DNA of 64,000 bases, taken from positions 151,724-215,723 of the forward strand of contig CAWDOJ010000003.1 in the NCBI GenBank assembly GCA_963803825.1, in the 5' to 3' direction. How positions within the stretch are numbered: position 1 is the stretch's first letter; each line of letters begins with the position of its first letter. This document shows positions 1 to 12,610 of the stretch, one piece after another. This DNA comes from an uncultured Verrucomicrobiae bacterium. Its GTDB lineage: Bacteria; Verrucomicrobiota; Verrucomicrobiia; Chthoniobacterales; JAATET01. The notes beneath the pieces were generated by a model. That model was given only the letters and a program-made list of their open reading frames with translations, did no database searches and had not been told where the DNA came from. A program made the position numbers and the translations under genes.

Positions 1-1492
1 CCAGGGCTTCGAGCACGGCCCAAGTGAAGAAGAAGCCCGGGAAGACAGCGGAAACGTCCCCATAGACGGTCAAATAAACGATCACCCAACACAATTGCGA
101 CGCGTGAAATGCTTGGTGACACCGGTGGAGGGTAGGGTGGTTCCAAGCTCTCCGATTGAGCTGCAGCTGCCGGATCGATACGCCGACCAGAAGAGCCATT
201 CCGAGGATCAATCCAAAGATCCCCGTCACTAGAAGAAGACTCAGGTAGCCGTTGTGGTAGGCTCCGGTGACCAGCGCCCATTGAATGCTGTCGGCTGATC
301 CCATCCCCCTAAGCATCTTGACGAACAGTTCTCCGTCGTAGGAAAAGCCTTTGCCAAGCCAGAAATATTCCGGAATCGCGTGGAGAGCTTCCTGCCAGAG
401 TTCGAGTCGCCATTCGACCGTTCCGGCCGCGTCTGCGGCGACGGAGCCGGAGATATCGATGCCGGGGAGCCAGCTGAGGGATCGCTGGATGTTCATCGGC
501 AGACGAGCCGCCATGGCGTAGAGGATGCCCACGGCGACGGCGCCCATCGCGCAGCCGGTGATGACCCGGGGTAGGGTCAGAGAGCGCTGTAGGAGGGCCG
601 CTAAGAAGACGATGAAGAGGACCATCATTGTCATCAATCGAAACCCGCTAAAGAACGAGAGTATAACAATGCAAATCAAGACGAGGATGGACCCAACTGA
701 TCGAGTGTTGAAAAGCTTGTTGGTGGGCACGCGGGCAAGGAAAGCGATGATCATCGTCTGGGCCGCCACTCCGGCGCTGGTGTAGCGGCTGAGGACCTCG
801 CCGACTGCGGATTGCTCCGCGATGAGGGTCCCGATCGTGTCCCCGGTCTGCATAAAGAGTCGAACCAAGCCATAGGCAAACCCGTTCACAACGAGGAGAT
901 CCGCGATCAAGGGAAGCGGAGCGAGTAGTCCCATCAGAAGAATCGCGCGCGGCCACCACCGTGCGGACAGATTCACGGCCGGTAGGGTGATCACCAAAGA
1001 TGCACTGAATAGAACCGCGACGTAGGTGAACCCGCCCCACTGCCCAGAGCCGAGAAATTGGAATCCGAAGCCACGAAGGATGCCCGTGAGCAAAATCACC
1101 GCGCAGAATCCGACCATAATCAGTCGATGCCCAGTGATGGAAGGGAATGGAATGCGGTTAAAAATCAATAACACAATCATCCCTCCGCCCAAAGCCGCGC
1201 AGCCCGTGTAGAATAGACCGAGTTGGCCGGGGAACCCGGGTGCCGTCAGGCCGCTTGCGTAGCACGCAACCACCGCGAAGCTGGCCACCTGCGGCTTGAC
1301 AATCAAAACGAGACCGATCAATCCGACGGTCAGCAGGGAAGCAACGAAGATGTCCCCGGTCCCGACACCTAGTCCGATGGTGGCCGCGCAGGCAGCGAAC
1401 AGGATCGTTAGGAATAGGACGAGTAGCCGAGTATCCACGCCGGTATCACCGAGGGGAAAGCGATGCCCGGCGCGCGACAACGATGACGCCAT
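1..1492 (-). CDS. O-antigen ligase / Wzy-like polytopic membrane protein (3' end runs off the window)
   Basis: Absent from the ORF track because no stop lies in the window. My reverse-strand translation from the ATG (complement of 1490-1492) reads MASSLSRAGHRFPLGDTGVDTRLLVLFLTILF... uninterrupted to position 1. It is multi-helix hydrophobic and has a loop VEWRLELWQEALHAIPEYFWLGKGF typical of Wzy_C/O-antigen-ligase proteins. Confidence 0.6.
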   Translation of the reverse strand, partial: MASSLSRAGHRFPLGDTGVDTRLLVLFLTILFAACAATIGLGVGTGDIFVASLLTVGLIGLVLIVKPQVASFAVVACYASGLTAPGFPGQLGLFYTGCAALGGGMIVLLIFNRIPFPSITGHRLIMVGFCAVILLTGILRGFGFQFLGSGQWGGFTYVAVLFSASLVITLPAVNLSARWWPRAILLMGLLAPLPLIADLLVVNGFAYGLVRLFMQTGDTIGTLIAEQSAVGEVLSRYTSAGVAAQTMIIAFLARVPTNKLFNTRSVGSILVLICIVILSFFSGFRLMTMMVLFIVFLAALLQRSLTLPRVITGCAMGAVAVGILYAMAARLPMNIQRSLSWLPGIDISGSVAADAAGTVEWRLELWQEALHAIPEYFWLGKGFSYDGELFVKMLRGMGSADSIQWALVTGAYHNGYLSLLLVTGIFGLILGMALLVGVSIRQLQLNRRAWNHPTLHRCHQAFHASQLCWVIVYLTVYGDVSAVFPGFFFTWAVLEAL

Positions 1493-2113
1493 CTGAGAGC
1501 CGAGGAAGCAAAGCGGTCGTGGCCCGCATCGACCATCGGTAGTGAGCCGGGACGAAGTGTTTCTCTTGCCCGGTTCCGTGAAAGAGCGTCTCGTCGACGT
1601 CAAAACCGCACCGCTCGACTAGCTTCGTCAGGACCCGGGGGGAATAATAGTAGTTGTGATCTTCGTGAACGAGCCTCGTCCGAAGAGATACCGGATGAAG
1701 CGAAACCAGCAGTAGGCGTTGATCGTAGTGATGATGAGGCTGCCTTCAGCGCTTAACAGTGGGCGACAGGCACGAAGGAAAAGTCCCGGATTCTCGAGGT
1801 GCTCGATGATCTCGCCTGCGACGATCACGTCGAATGGGCGGCCTCCGAGTGGTTCAAGCGTCGCTGTCTCGACGTTTCCCTGGACACACGGCGAGAGACC
1901 GTGGTCGTTGAAGAAAGTAACCCCGTCGGCGTCGGCATCCATCCCCACGACCTCCGAAGCCGTCGCCGCTAATCGCTGATGAAGGAGGCTGCCCTCCGCG
2001 AATCGCTCGGCGGTAAGAGGCCAGTCCGTGCAACCAAGGTGAAGGACCCGTTGATCTCGGCAACGAGAAAGAATGTAGCCGACGCGCATCCACCGCGGCG
2101 GAGCGCGGGACAT
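1446..2113 (-). CDS. Class I SAM-dependent methyltransferase, one frame break near 1665
   Basis: ORF 1628..2443(-) contains RVLHLGCTDWP...VVGMDAD...FDVIVAGEIIEHLENP (SAM-binding motifs I-III). The likely start is MSRAPPRW at 2113. After ...RYLFGRG the conserved C-terminus VHEDHNYYYSPRVLTKLVERCGFDV continues in another frame to a TGA at 1446-1448. Confidence 0.65.
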
Positions 2114-2366
2114 CGTGGTGGGTCTGCATGGCCGCGAGTGGAGTCTTTGGGAGGTAGGCGCGGAAGATAAGCGACGAGATGGGTCAGCGAGGCTTGGAAG
2201 TAAATCACGAATAACGGGAAAGGCAAGCTGCTTGACCGTCGAGCGGACCCTGTCCCAGGGTCGGGCCGTGTTGATTTCTACCGATGTGTCGCGTGTTTGC
2301 TGGTAAGTCAGCTTGGAGGCTGGTCGGGCCGGGGGCGCGGATTTGCGGCGGTCGGCGCGATAACCG

Positions 2367-3598
2367 ATGAGTGACATCTGGAAGACTGCGGCCAAAGCGG
2401 GAGAGATCTTTGCTTGGCAGGGCGTTACGAAGCTGGTGAGCATCTTCGCGTTTGCTTACGCCGCGCGGGTCCTTGGACCGGAGAAGTTCGGGATATCGGG
2501 AATCGTTCTCGCCATCATCACGCAACTTGCGGCCGCCAGTGCGTTGCTGAATCAAGCGTATCTCTCCCGCCGATTTCGCCGAATGACCTCGGCGACTAGC
2601 CGTCAGATGATGGTCGTGGCCGCAACGATGGGTCGCCTCGTGCTTGCGCTCGTCGTCGGAGGCGGCGCGGTGGGAGCGGGGATCTGGCTCGCCCCCAATT
2701 CGAGTTGGTGGCTGTCGATCTTCTGCGGCCTGCCGCTTCTGGTCTTCGTTTTCGCTCAGCCGCTGTGGATCTTCGTGGCGCGAGATGAGTCCAACTTGGT
2801 GTGGCGGGCGACCGGAATCGGCTCCCTGGTGACGAGTGGGATTCTGTTCAGCTTGCGACCGGGCTGGGCGTTTACGGGCTTCGACGTGGTCGCTATCGTA
2901 ATTGGGAGCATCGCAACTTGCTCGGTGTCTTGGGTGCTGGTCCGGAGGCAGATGCGCATTGTCTGGAAGTGTCGCTGGCGTCACCTTGTCTACGCGGCCA
3001 GGATGATCCCACGGGGCGGTTGGTTGGTCGTGGTCTACGTGTTTGGGAACGTCTACGTCTACCAAGATACGCTGATGATCGGCATCTTCGCTTCTGAGCA
3101 AGAAGCAGGATCTTTCGCCCGGCCAGCATTTTGGCCGTCGCGATTCACCACGCAGTCAGCTTCGTCCCGCTGATTTTGCTGCCTAAGCTGATGGACTGGT
3201 CGAAGGACCCCATCTCATTCTGGAGGCGGCAGTGGATCATCTCGGGTATCCTGCTCGCTGGGTTGATGGTCGGGGCCGCGTTGGTCAATCAAGTCGCTCG
3301 CCCGTTGTTTTTCCACCTCTACGGGAGCCAATACCTTTCTGCTGCGGAGCCTTTCGTGCTGCTCTTTGTGGCGCGAGCGATCGGCGTCGCCGCATCGGTT
3401 TTCACCTGGGGATTGATTGCGAATGATCGAGATCGTCCCGTGGCCATTCTTTACGGCATCGCGATGGTAATGGCGCTCGCCGGCAATGCGCTACTCATCC
3501 CCAAGCTCGGCATCATCGCCCCGGGCATCACGGCCATCCTGAGCGATGGCGTCATCTTTTTCGGCGCCGCCTATCTAGCCTGGCGGTCGACCAGCTGA
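2367..3598 (+). CDS. Wzx-like polysaccharide flippase (MOP superfamily), one frame break near 3108
   Basis: ORFs 2367..3173 and 3131..3598 are both polytopic and join as ...IFASEQEAG|IFRPASILAVAIHHAV... The junction sits at a GG run (3108-3109), consistent with a 1-nt deletion. Confidence 0.6.
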
Positions 3599-3687
3599 GC
3601 CGCCGGGGCTCTCACCAGCGGCAAATTGACGTGCATGGTCCGGAATGGGTTTGTACGTCTAGCGCCTCTTGATTTTTTAACGGAGGT

Positions 3688-5018
3688 ATGCTGAAGATCT
3701 TAGCCGCAATTCTACTTGGTCTTGGAATCATTGCGCTCCAGTTTTTGCACGGCGGGGTGACGGATCCGGTCTGGCCGCACCCGGATACGCTTTTCTGGTG
3801 CTGGCGGCGGCCGTAGGGCTGATCGATCTCGTGGCGACGAAGGGGAGTCCCGGGAGGGCCCGGATCGTAGTCGTTTGTCTCCTCGTCGCGTGGCTCGTCG
3901 CCGGGTGGTCGCGGGCGAGTCCAGACATTGCCGCCGGGCGTTTTAATGCGATGATTGTGATAGCTGCCCTGATCACGTTGCTTCTCACGAGCCAGATCTG
4001 TGGGGCACGGCGCGCGCGCTGGGTTCTGCTGGGCATCGTGCTGACGGGATGCGTGGTCCAGGCGGGGGTCGCGACGGCCCAGGTCTTCTCCGATAATCCA
4101 GGCTTCGGGATCTTCTGGCTCTCGGATGAACTTAAGGCCATTTATCTCGGGAAATTTGGTCTGCGGGCCAGGGGCTTCTACCTCAATCCGAATCATCTCG
4201 CGTGGCTGCTAAACGGTGCCGCCATCGGCTGCGTCAGTCTAGCGGCTTGGGGCAGGGTCTCAACGATATCGCGCCTTCTCCTGGCTTACCTTGCCTTAGT
4301 TTTCGTGAGCGTTCAGATCCTGTCGGCTAGCCGCGGAGGGATGATCAGCTTGGCTGCGGGCATCGCCGCCCTCGTCGGTCTAGGAATCGTTGGTTCCAGC
4401 TTTCTTCGTCATGGGAAGGTCAAGCTGATTGGGATGTGGATCGCGGTGGGGCTCGTGCTTGCGGGTTCGGCCTGGTTTGCCTACTCACATTCTTGGCTGG
4501 CTCAAGGCCGCTTCGAAAGTCACGCGCTTGTCTCTAACGTCCGTCTGGAACTCTATAAGCACGCGTCGCGGGCGTTCCAAACAGCTCCAGACTGGGGCAT
4601 CGGAGCGGGAATGTATCGCTACGCAGCGCGGAGCTACCGGTCGCAAGATGAACCGATGGACGCGATCTACGCGCACAACGACTGGATCCAGATCCTCGCT
4701 GAATACGGTTTTTTTGGCCTTCTGAGCGTCGTCGTCTGCGTCGGATTGGTGCTGCTCGTCGCCGCCCGGACCTTTGTCAACGATCTGCACCGGCGAGTTG
4801 ATTGCGGCGACCAGCTACGAAGTAACACGATGGCGCTCATGGCCGCCGGCTTTGCGACCGGCGTGGCCTACTGCACCCACGGATTTTTTGACTTCAATCT
4901 CCAGATTCCAGCAAACGCCGTCTTCGCTGCTTTCGCGATCGGGCTGACCCGGCTGGGCGGGCAGGGGGGACGGGGCGAGCAGGCAAAGCCGGAGCAGCGC
5001 ACGATCGAGATGGGTTGA
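3688..5018 (+). CDS. O-antigen ligase family (Wzy_C) membrane protein; probable frame break near 3785
   Basis: ORF 3798..5018 contains SASRGGMISLAAG and YAHNDWIQILAEYGFFGLL (Wzy_C signature). An ATG at 3688 preceded by GGAGG gives MLKILAAILLGLGIIALQF..., which joins the main frame after one shift. The C-terminus may continue into the TPR-like remnant downstream. Confidence 0.7.
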
Positions 5019-5090
5019 TCGCTCGGTGGTGGGATTTGGCCGGCCGGTAGCGCGGTTGACCTGGCTATCTTACTCTGGCCCGGCGCCCTA

Positions 5091-5688
5091 GTGGATTACC
5101 GCGTCCTGCAGGCTTCTAACGCGCTCCGTGCTTCGCAGTGCGACGAGCCTTGGCCCAGACAGAGTTGGCTCTTGCGGCTGATCCGCAGCACGCGGCGGCA
5201 TGGGCGGCACGTGGCGAAGCTTTTTTCAGCTACGAGTCCGCCCTCCAATTTAACGATCTGGACGGTGGCGAGAGCGAGGCAAGCGAGAACCTCATCATCG
5301 ACGTCGAAGCGCCGTCCAGTGCGGACGGCGAGCGGGCGGATACAACGATGCTGGCGGGTGAACGGCGAAATCAAATGTTCGGTCCGCCGCCGAATGCTTC
5401 GCCAGAGCCATCGAACTGCGTCCGATGGAGCGCGAGCTATGGATTTGGCTCGCCCGCGCACGGAACGAAGTTGAAGGGACCGACGTCGGCGAGTCCGAGC
5501 GGATTCTGAGGACCGCGATCCGGCTGACCCTGGCCACCCGTTCCCATATGGGCAAATGGGAGACCATTTTAATCAGTTGGATGAATACCCGTCCGCCCTG
5601 GTTTATTATTTGCTTGGGGCACTGTTCCCGGGGGGGGGGAGCTACGCGGAGTCGATGGGGGTGGATCTTCGAATTGAGCTGGGCTTAA
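5091..5688 (+). pseudogene. TPR-like remnant, possibly a broken C-terminal extension of the ligase
   Basis: Fragments occur in three frames: ALAQTELALAADPQHAAAWAARGEAFFSYE and FRRAIELRPMERELWIWLARARNEVEG. No single open frame exists. Confidence 0.25.
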
Positions 5689-5694
5689 TGACGG

Positions 5695-7262
5695 ATGAAC
5701 AAGTCGATGATTACTGATTGCCAGTCGTTGCGCGGTCGGACGCTGGCGGCGCAGGCAGCGGTGGCGCTCTCGACAATAGCGATGCTGGTCGCCCCCGCTT
5801 ACGGTCAGCCCAGCGCCGATTTGAGTGCGCTGGGACGAGATCTCGGGCAAACACACCGCAGGTGCGTGGCAACGACAATCTGCCCGAAGAAGCCTTCGTG
5901 GATCCGGTGATGGCGTCGACCGCGCGGGAACAGCTCGCAGATGATGCCTTGGGATCCCTGGTGACACCAGCGGATGACGGTCGAATAACGGGCCAGGTCG
6001 TGGCACCTGCCCGGGGGCAGTCGCCACCGAGCCGACGCCGGCCGGGATCAGACCCGGAACAGAGATCACCGGAGATCCTCGGTCCGGAAGCCAGCGACGC
6101 GGACTTTAGCACCTCATATGATGATTTTATTGCGCAGGCGTCTGAAGTTTTTTTGCCTGGGGCCGTCGTCGGTCCCGACGCCCGCGAAAACTTTCGCCTC
6201 ACGTTGACGACGAGCGTTGGCTACGACGACAATGTTTTGCTTTCTTCAGTGAATCCAGAAGGGAGCGGCACGTCGGGCTTGAACGCGGCGTTTCTGTATA
6301 ACCTCGGTTCCAACGTCTCGACATCAAGACCGGTCTCTCCGCCGGCGTAACCTACTACGACAACCGCTCGTCGGACAATTCCGACCTTAACGCAAACTAC
6401 ACGCTAGATCTAGCTTACCAGGCCAGCCGTCGGCTTACCATCACCGCAAATCTTCAGGTTCTCTACCTTTCGAGTGGATCGCAGTTGGAAGGCGGCACGG
6501 GTCGCTTCCAAGGCGACTATTACGTCACCGACGACTCGATCTCACTCGCGTTTAAACTTACACCCAGGTGGCTCGCTAGTCTGCGATACCAGTTCACCGG
6601 ATTCCGCGACACTGATCCCGTCGTCAACGCTAACTCTGGCTTTTACCAGCAAGTCATCGCGTTCACGCTTCAGCGACAATTAAACGCTCGGACCAGCGTG
6701 TTGTGGAGTATCGTGCCAATCCGTCACCTTCTACGAAGCGGACGTGGGGTCGAACGGCCAGATCCTGACCCTAGGCTTTGATCATCTCTTCGCGCCGCAG
6801 GCCCGGTGGAACTTTCAATTGGCGCCGAGCAGCGTGAGCTGACCAATCCTGGTCCTGCGGGACTATCCGGCGACACGGGTCCATTTCTAGAAACCAACTT
6901 TTCTTACCAGTTTGCGCCCAGATCATCCTTGGATACCAGCCTACGGTTCGGACGGAGCCTTCTGGCTCCAGCTCACTGGCGATCACCGAGACGCTTCGAG
7001 GGACCATCGCAGTCAACTACGCTTTCACCGGTCGGCTCTCGGGGAACCTGGGGCTAAGCGACCTAAATCAGCAATTCGACTTTCCTAGCGGCGTGGCCGA
7101 TACCGAGCAGACCGTCTACTCTCTATTTGCAGGGCTGCGCTATCGGCTCAACACCGTTTTCGCGCTGCGGGCGAACTACAACTTCGATGCGCTGGAGACG
7201 GAATCCGCAGACACGAGCTACACTGAGGCTTGTCGTCTCTCGGACTCGAAGTCGCCTTTTAG
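5695..7262 (+). pseudogene. Secreted outer-membrane beta-barrel protein (EPS-locus associated), multiple frame breaks
   Basis: ATG at 5695 with signal peptide ...AAVALSTIAMLVAPAYGQ. Alternating-pattern fragments include FRLTLTTSVGYDDNVLLSS, NANYTLDLAYQASRRLTITANLQVLYLS and FALRANYNFDALETES. The C-terminus ends ...LGLEVAF in a shifted frame, with a stop at 7260-7262. Confidence 0.45.
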
Positions 7263-7325
7263 TCGACCGCTCGTCGGGTTGACAACGGATTCACCGTGCC
7301 TCGACAGCTTTCCGCTCCGCCACTC

Positions 7326-9479
7326 ATGGACGCCTCCCAGAAAGTCAGGAATCGCAGCTACACCTTTTCGACTATTTCAGGGTGATTTCGGTCCGTTGGC
7401 CGTTGATTCTGCTGGATCTTTTTGCTGGTCGCTATTTCCACCACGGCGGTTACTTTTGTTGCTTCCCAAGCAAGCACCAGTTGACGGCGCTGATCCAGGT
7501 CCAGGAGAACGCGGACTTCGAGATCTTCCAGCAGGCGGAACGCGGGCTGGAACCCGAAGTTTGTATCGACGCAGTTCGAGATCCTCCAAAGTCGCGATAT
7601 CCTCCAGCCCGTCGTCGGAAAAGCTCGAGCTGGACCAAAATGGGCTGATCGCTACGAGATTAATCTGCTGAGCCTATTTTCGAGAAGCTCGAAAGCATCA
7701 TGACATTGCGCGAGCTGCGCAACACGGATCTACATCTCGAATTCCCAGATTCGCTGGCACAACGCAGAATCCGCCGCGATTGCAAATACGATCGCGGAGG
7801 AATACCAGCGGGCCAAGATTGAGATGAGGTACGGGTGGGTGACCTAGTTCTCAACTCGAAAGCGGAAGTCGAAAAGCAGCGGGTCAAGACCGAGATTCTG
7901 CGAGAAGAAGCCGCCGAGATCCGCGAAAAATATCAGATCAACGATCTCAATCCAAGAGTGTTGAGGACCCCATGCAAGCGAGCGAGCGGGTATTGTTAAG
8001 TGTCGAGGAGCAAGTCAGCGATCAGCGCCTCCGGGCGGCCCTGCTGCGCGCGAAGGCGCGACTTCTGAGCCGCCTTTCCGACGATCAGATCATGCGGACG
8101 ATCGCGACGCTTGAGGTCGACGATCAGACGATCTTGCAGATCCTGCTCCTCGCACCAGGAGCAGCCTCCGAGGAATCGCGGCTTCTCTAATTCTGATTGG
8201 CTCGGAGGATCGAACGCGAGACTTGCCCAGCAGGCCAAGAAGGTCTGTACTGGAAGCAGCTCACGAACCAGACCTCAAGCCTGCGCGTGGCCATCGAGTC
8301 GAACCTTCAGATCGAGATCGATTCGCTCGACAACCTCGAGGGAAAGCTTCTGGAGAGTCGCGAAGAGCAGCAGGATTCGAAAGACGCGGGCGGCGGTCTA
8401 TTTCGAAGCGAAGAACAATTTTATCCAGGCGAAAAACCTTGAAGCCGCCGAGACCCGGTTTGGACCGAGATGATGCAGCGCAGTATGCCGATGAATCCAG
8501 CCATCATCTGGGACACCGCCGATGTCGCCGACTTTCCGTCGAGGCCCAGGATCCCGAACATTGCGCTCGGGGTGGTCTTCGGACTGGTGCTCTCGCTGGG
8601 CGGCGCGTTCCTGATTGAATACCTCGATACGGAGCGTCAAGACGATGGACGACATCGAGCAGGACTTCTGACTATCCGTCAACGGTTATTCCAAGGGAAC
8701 GGGGATTCTCGATGCTTGCCGCCCGACGGTGGACCTAACGCGGAACCCTATCAAATCCTGCGGACGAACATTGAATTCAACTGGAAAACAAAACATGAAG
8801 GTGCTCACTCTGGTGAGTGGGCGGCGAGGAAGTCGACGACCTTGAACAATCTTGCTTACACCTTCGCCCAGGATCCTGCACTGAGCGTCCTCGTATCGAC
8901 GCCGACCTGAGGAGACCCTCGCAGCACAAGATCTTCGGCGCATCGAATTCGCGGGGATTAACGGACTACCTCTCCAAAGGGGTTGCGATCGATGACTTAG
9001 TGCTGGCGACGTCGGACGAGAATCTGAAGCTGATTCCGAGCGAAAGTTACCGGCTGGAACATAGCGATGCTGGATTCAAGCGGATGACGACGTTAATCGA
9101 AGAGGTGCGCGAGAAATTTGAAGATATGGTCCGTCCGTGGATGCTCCGCCAATCCTGGGGGTGGAGTGATTCATACTGCTATCGCGCGTCCCGTTCACAT
9201 GACTGCGCCTGCGGTGATACAACACCGACGATTCCCTCGGCGAGGGCGGCCCGGGTGAAAAGCGCCGTCCTCAACACCGGGGGTAATCTGCTGGGCGTGG
9301 TCTTGAACAACGGGCATCCGGATGGACCAATATTACCAATACCAGACCAATCACGACGCCTACCACCAAGACGGAAAGCCATCGTCGGGCGGTGGACGGC
9401 CACCGAAGGCGACCCAAAAGGCGAAGTCACCGAAGATGACGGTAAGTCGGTCTGCTCGGCCAACGATCAGACCGGATGA
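7326..9479 (+). pseudogene. Wzc/GumC-like polysaccharide co-polymerase with tyrosine autokinase domain, many frame breaks
   Basis: Fragments are spread over three frames. They include FVSTQFEILQSRDILQPVV (Wzz domain), a second TM segment PRIPNIALGVVFGLVLSLGGAFLIEYLD, AEPYQILRTNIEFN, DADLRRPSQHKIFG, GNLLGVVLNN and the C-terminal Tyr cluster DQYYQYQTNHDAY. Confidence 0.7.
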
Positions 9480-10124
9480 ACAAATCGACGAAAATCGCTT
9501 CGCGGCTTGCGGAAGCAACGTCCGCTTCGTCGTTGCAGTGCGGGTGTCAGACTTCCGGGGTTGCCGTGCTCGGAATGCAGACCTGGACCAGTCCGCGTCC
9601 GGGACGAGCTTCCACCGCGGTCTACCGGGGTATCCGGCTGCGGACGGGTGACCTGGTCGAAGATGACACGCTTGGCGCTTCCCCCACGAGGCCATCCGAA
9701 GTCAACGGGATCTATACCGTTGATAGCGCTGGCGAGGTCAACCTGCCGCAGATCGGGGCCATCCGAGCGTTGGGATCGACCCAACAAGAGCTACAGGCAG
9801 TGATTGAGCTCGGCTACCGGGAAGGCGGCGTCTACTCGAAACCGACGATCTCGGTCAGCGTGTCCTTGCCTGAAGCCCGGTTTGTGAACGTCGGGGCGAA
9901 GTGCGGCTGCCCCAGAGGATTCCTTACACGACGGATCTGACGGTGCGTAGCCGGTGAACGCGGCGGGAGGCTTCACGGAATTTGCCGCGCAGACGCGCAT
10001 GCGCCGGAAACCGGCGGCGAAAGGGCGATGAAGGTCAACATGAGAAAGATCCGACGGGACCCCGGAGTCTTGATATTGGGTCGAAACGGCTATACGATCC
10101 AAGTGATGCGGGAGTTTTTTCTGA
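9476..10124 (+). pseudogene. Wza-like polysaccharide export protein (Poly_export domain), frame breaks
   Basis: ATGA overlap with the upstream stop. Motifs: YRGIRLRTGDLV, NGIYTVDSAGEVNLPQIGAIRALGSTQQELQAVIE and KPTISVSVSLPEARFVNVG. The distal half is readable only by switching frames. Confidence 0.6.
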
Positions 10125-10748
10125 TCAGCATTCGTCTCCGGGGCAAGGGCGGCGAGGAATCTCGCCAGGTTGAACAAGTTGAACTTCAGTCGGCATTGAG
10201 CAGGAGTCTGTTCGAAGAAGGTAGCCCAGGCCGGAGTAGACGGTCAGGACGGTGGTGATGGTGATGAGGATGGGGCCGCCGTAGGTCCAAAGGGGGGTGA
10301 GGATGGTGAGGGCTTCGCGTCTCATTCGCCGACGGCGAGCCGAACTAGGAAGAAGATGATGGTGGTGATCTGCCAGCGGTTTTGTGTTCGCCGAGCTTCT
10401 CGGCGGGGAGGACGACGCCTTCGTCGCCAGCCAGGAGGCGGTGGCGGGTATCAAGAACTGCGGGCGATGATGACGATGACTACCGACGTTCCGGGGTGAG
10501 GTCGAAGGGGATGAGGCAGACGAAGGCGGCGGCGGCGAGGATCTTATCCGCGACCGGGTCGATCAATTTTCCGAATCGGTGATGAGGTCGTGCTTCCGGC
10601 GATCTCTCTCCGTCGAAGTAGTCGGTGACGCTGGCTGTAATGAAGAGGAGCAGGGCGGCGGTGAGTGCTCCGGGAACCGGATGGGTGAAAATGACGAAGG
10701 CTCCGTGATAAAGAGTCGGAGGACGGGGAGCTGGTTTGGGAGATTCAA
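10125..10748 (-). pseudogene. pgsA: CDP-diacylglycerol--glycerol-3-phosphate 3-phosphatidyltransferase, several frame breaks
   Basis: Fragments: (I)LNLPNQLPVLRL, LLLFITASVTDYFDGE, RRKHDLITD, FGKLIDPVADKILAAAAFVCL (the CDP-alcohol phosphatidyltransferase motif D..DG....A....G...D...D split over two frames) and LWTYGGPILITITTVLTVYSGLGY. The start is uncertain (TTG). Confidence 0.6.
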
Positions 10749-11200
10749 GATGGATTGCGTTATGCCGTGCAACTTCTAACTGGTCGAAATCGGCTGCTTC
10801 GAGATGGGACGCGGAGCTTGAGCCGCTCGATAATCCAGCGCTGCGGTGTAGGCGGGTCGCGGTGGGCGGTGTCGACGTGGACGAAGAGGGAGGGCTGTCC
10901 AGCGGGGACGTGACCGATGCGGTGGACGAGACGGCAGCCGAGGAGGGGCTGGGCTTCGGCGGCTTCGCGATTATCTGGGCGAGGGTGGGTTCGGTCATCG
11001 TCGGGTGGCGACGGAGTCGATGGCGGAGATGGGGGTGCGATCTGGAGGGAATGGACGATCCGAGGAGTCGAGCCGGGCGCTGGTAGCGGGGGCGGGGTCG
11101 TCGGGGACGACGATCGGGGTGCGGGTCAGCGGTGTTTCGGGAGAAGGCCATGGCCACCTTGGCGGGGGGTGGATAGGGTCGGCGTCTTCATTTTTATACT

Positions 11201-12610
11201 ATGAGCCAAGCAAGATCGGTCTTATTGGACTCGCCGTCATGGTGGAGAATCTCGTTCTCAACATGGAAAGCAAAGGCTTTTGGTTAGTGTTGCAATCGGA
11301 CGACGGCGGTGACGGGGAAGTTTGCCGACGGTCGTGCGAAGGATACAAACATCACCGCGACGACGACGATGGAGCAATTGTCGAGTCGCTGGAGAGGCCG
11401 CGCAAGGTGATGATCATGGTGAAGGCGGGGAAGCGGTGGACGCGGTGATCGGTCAGTTGGTCCTGCTGCTCGAGGAGGGCGACATGATTATCGACTGGGA
11501 AACGCGCTTTGGATGGACACGCAGCGGCGGGAGATCGTGTTCGCGAGAAGGGGATCGATTTCATGGGCTGCGGGGTCTCGGGCGGCGAAGAGGGTGCGCT
11601 GAAGGGACCTTCGACGATGCCCGGGGTCGATCATTCGTCGGAGGGTTGGCACCGATCTTCAGAAGTGGCGGCGATCGTGAGGGTGGCTTCGCTGCTGCCT
11701 GATGGGGCCGTATGGCGCTGGCCACTACGTGAAGATGATCGAAACGGGATCGAAAATGGCGACATGCAGGTGGATGGCGAGGCTTCGCGGTGCTCAAAGT
11801 GATGATCAATCCGACGGCGGAGGAGTTTCACGAGATCTTCGCGAAGTGGAACGAGGGTCGGCTGGACAGTTATCTTATCGACATCAGCCGCAGTATTTTC
11901 CTGAAAAAGATCCCGAGACGGGGAAGCCAATGGTGGACGTGATCATGGACCGGGCGGCGAGAAAGGGACGGGGAAATGGACGGTGTGCAAGGCGACCGAG
12001 CACGCTGTGGTGCTTCGACGATCAATGCTGCTGTCGATGCGCGGATTCTTCTTCAATGAAGGAGAAGCGGTGGCGGCGAGCAAGATCTTGCCGGCGCCGG
12101 CGCCAAAGGCCTTCGAGGTAGATCGGCAACATTTGATCGATTCGGTCGGCGACGCGCTCTACGCGAGTAAGATCGTGAGTGACGCGCAGGGACTCGACTT
12201 GCTCGGGACGGCGGGCAAATTCTACGGTCGGAATCTCAACTTCGGCGACATTGCGACGATCTGCGCGGCGGGTGCATCGTTCGCGCAGCGTTCCTGAATC
12301 GAATCAAGGAGGCTGACGAGACGAATCGGGGTCGGAGAATCTGATGCTCGCGCCGTTCTTCACGGAGATCTTTGTGGAAACTCAGGAAAATTGGCGGCAC
12401 GCGGTGCCGACTGCGGTGAACGCGGAGCGGCGGCGCCAGCTTTCTCGCGTCGCTGCCGACGACGACAGCTACCGCCAGGCGCGGTTGTCGGCGAACTGTT
12501 GTAGGCGCAGCGGGACTTCTTCGCGCGCACTACGAGCGGTGGAGCAAGCCGGTGGAGAATTTTTCCAGATCGCAGCGGGTCGGACGCGAGGAACGACGCC
12601 GCCTCGGTGA
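11201..12610 (+). pseudogene. gnd: 6-phosphogluconate dehydrogenase (decarboxylating), more than 8 frame breaks
   Basis: ATG at 11201. Collinear fragments: IGLIGLAVMVENLVLNMESKGF, ERPRKVMIMVKAG, IDFMGCGVSGGEEGALKGPSTMPG, GAGHYVKMI, GIENGDMQ, KDPETGKPMVDVIMD, GTGKWT, ALYASKIVSDAQGLDLL, NLNFGDIA and LMLAPFFTEI. Confidence 0.8.
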
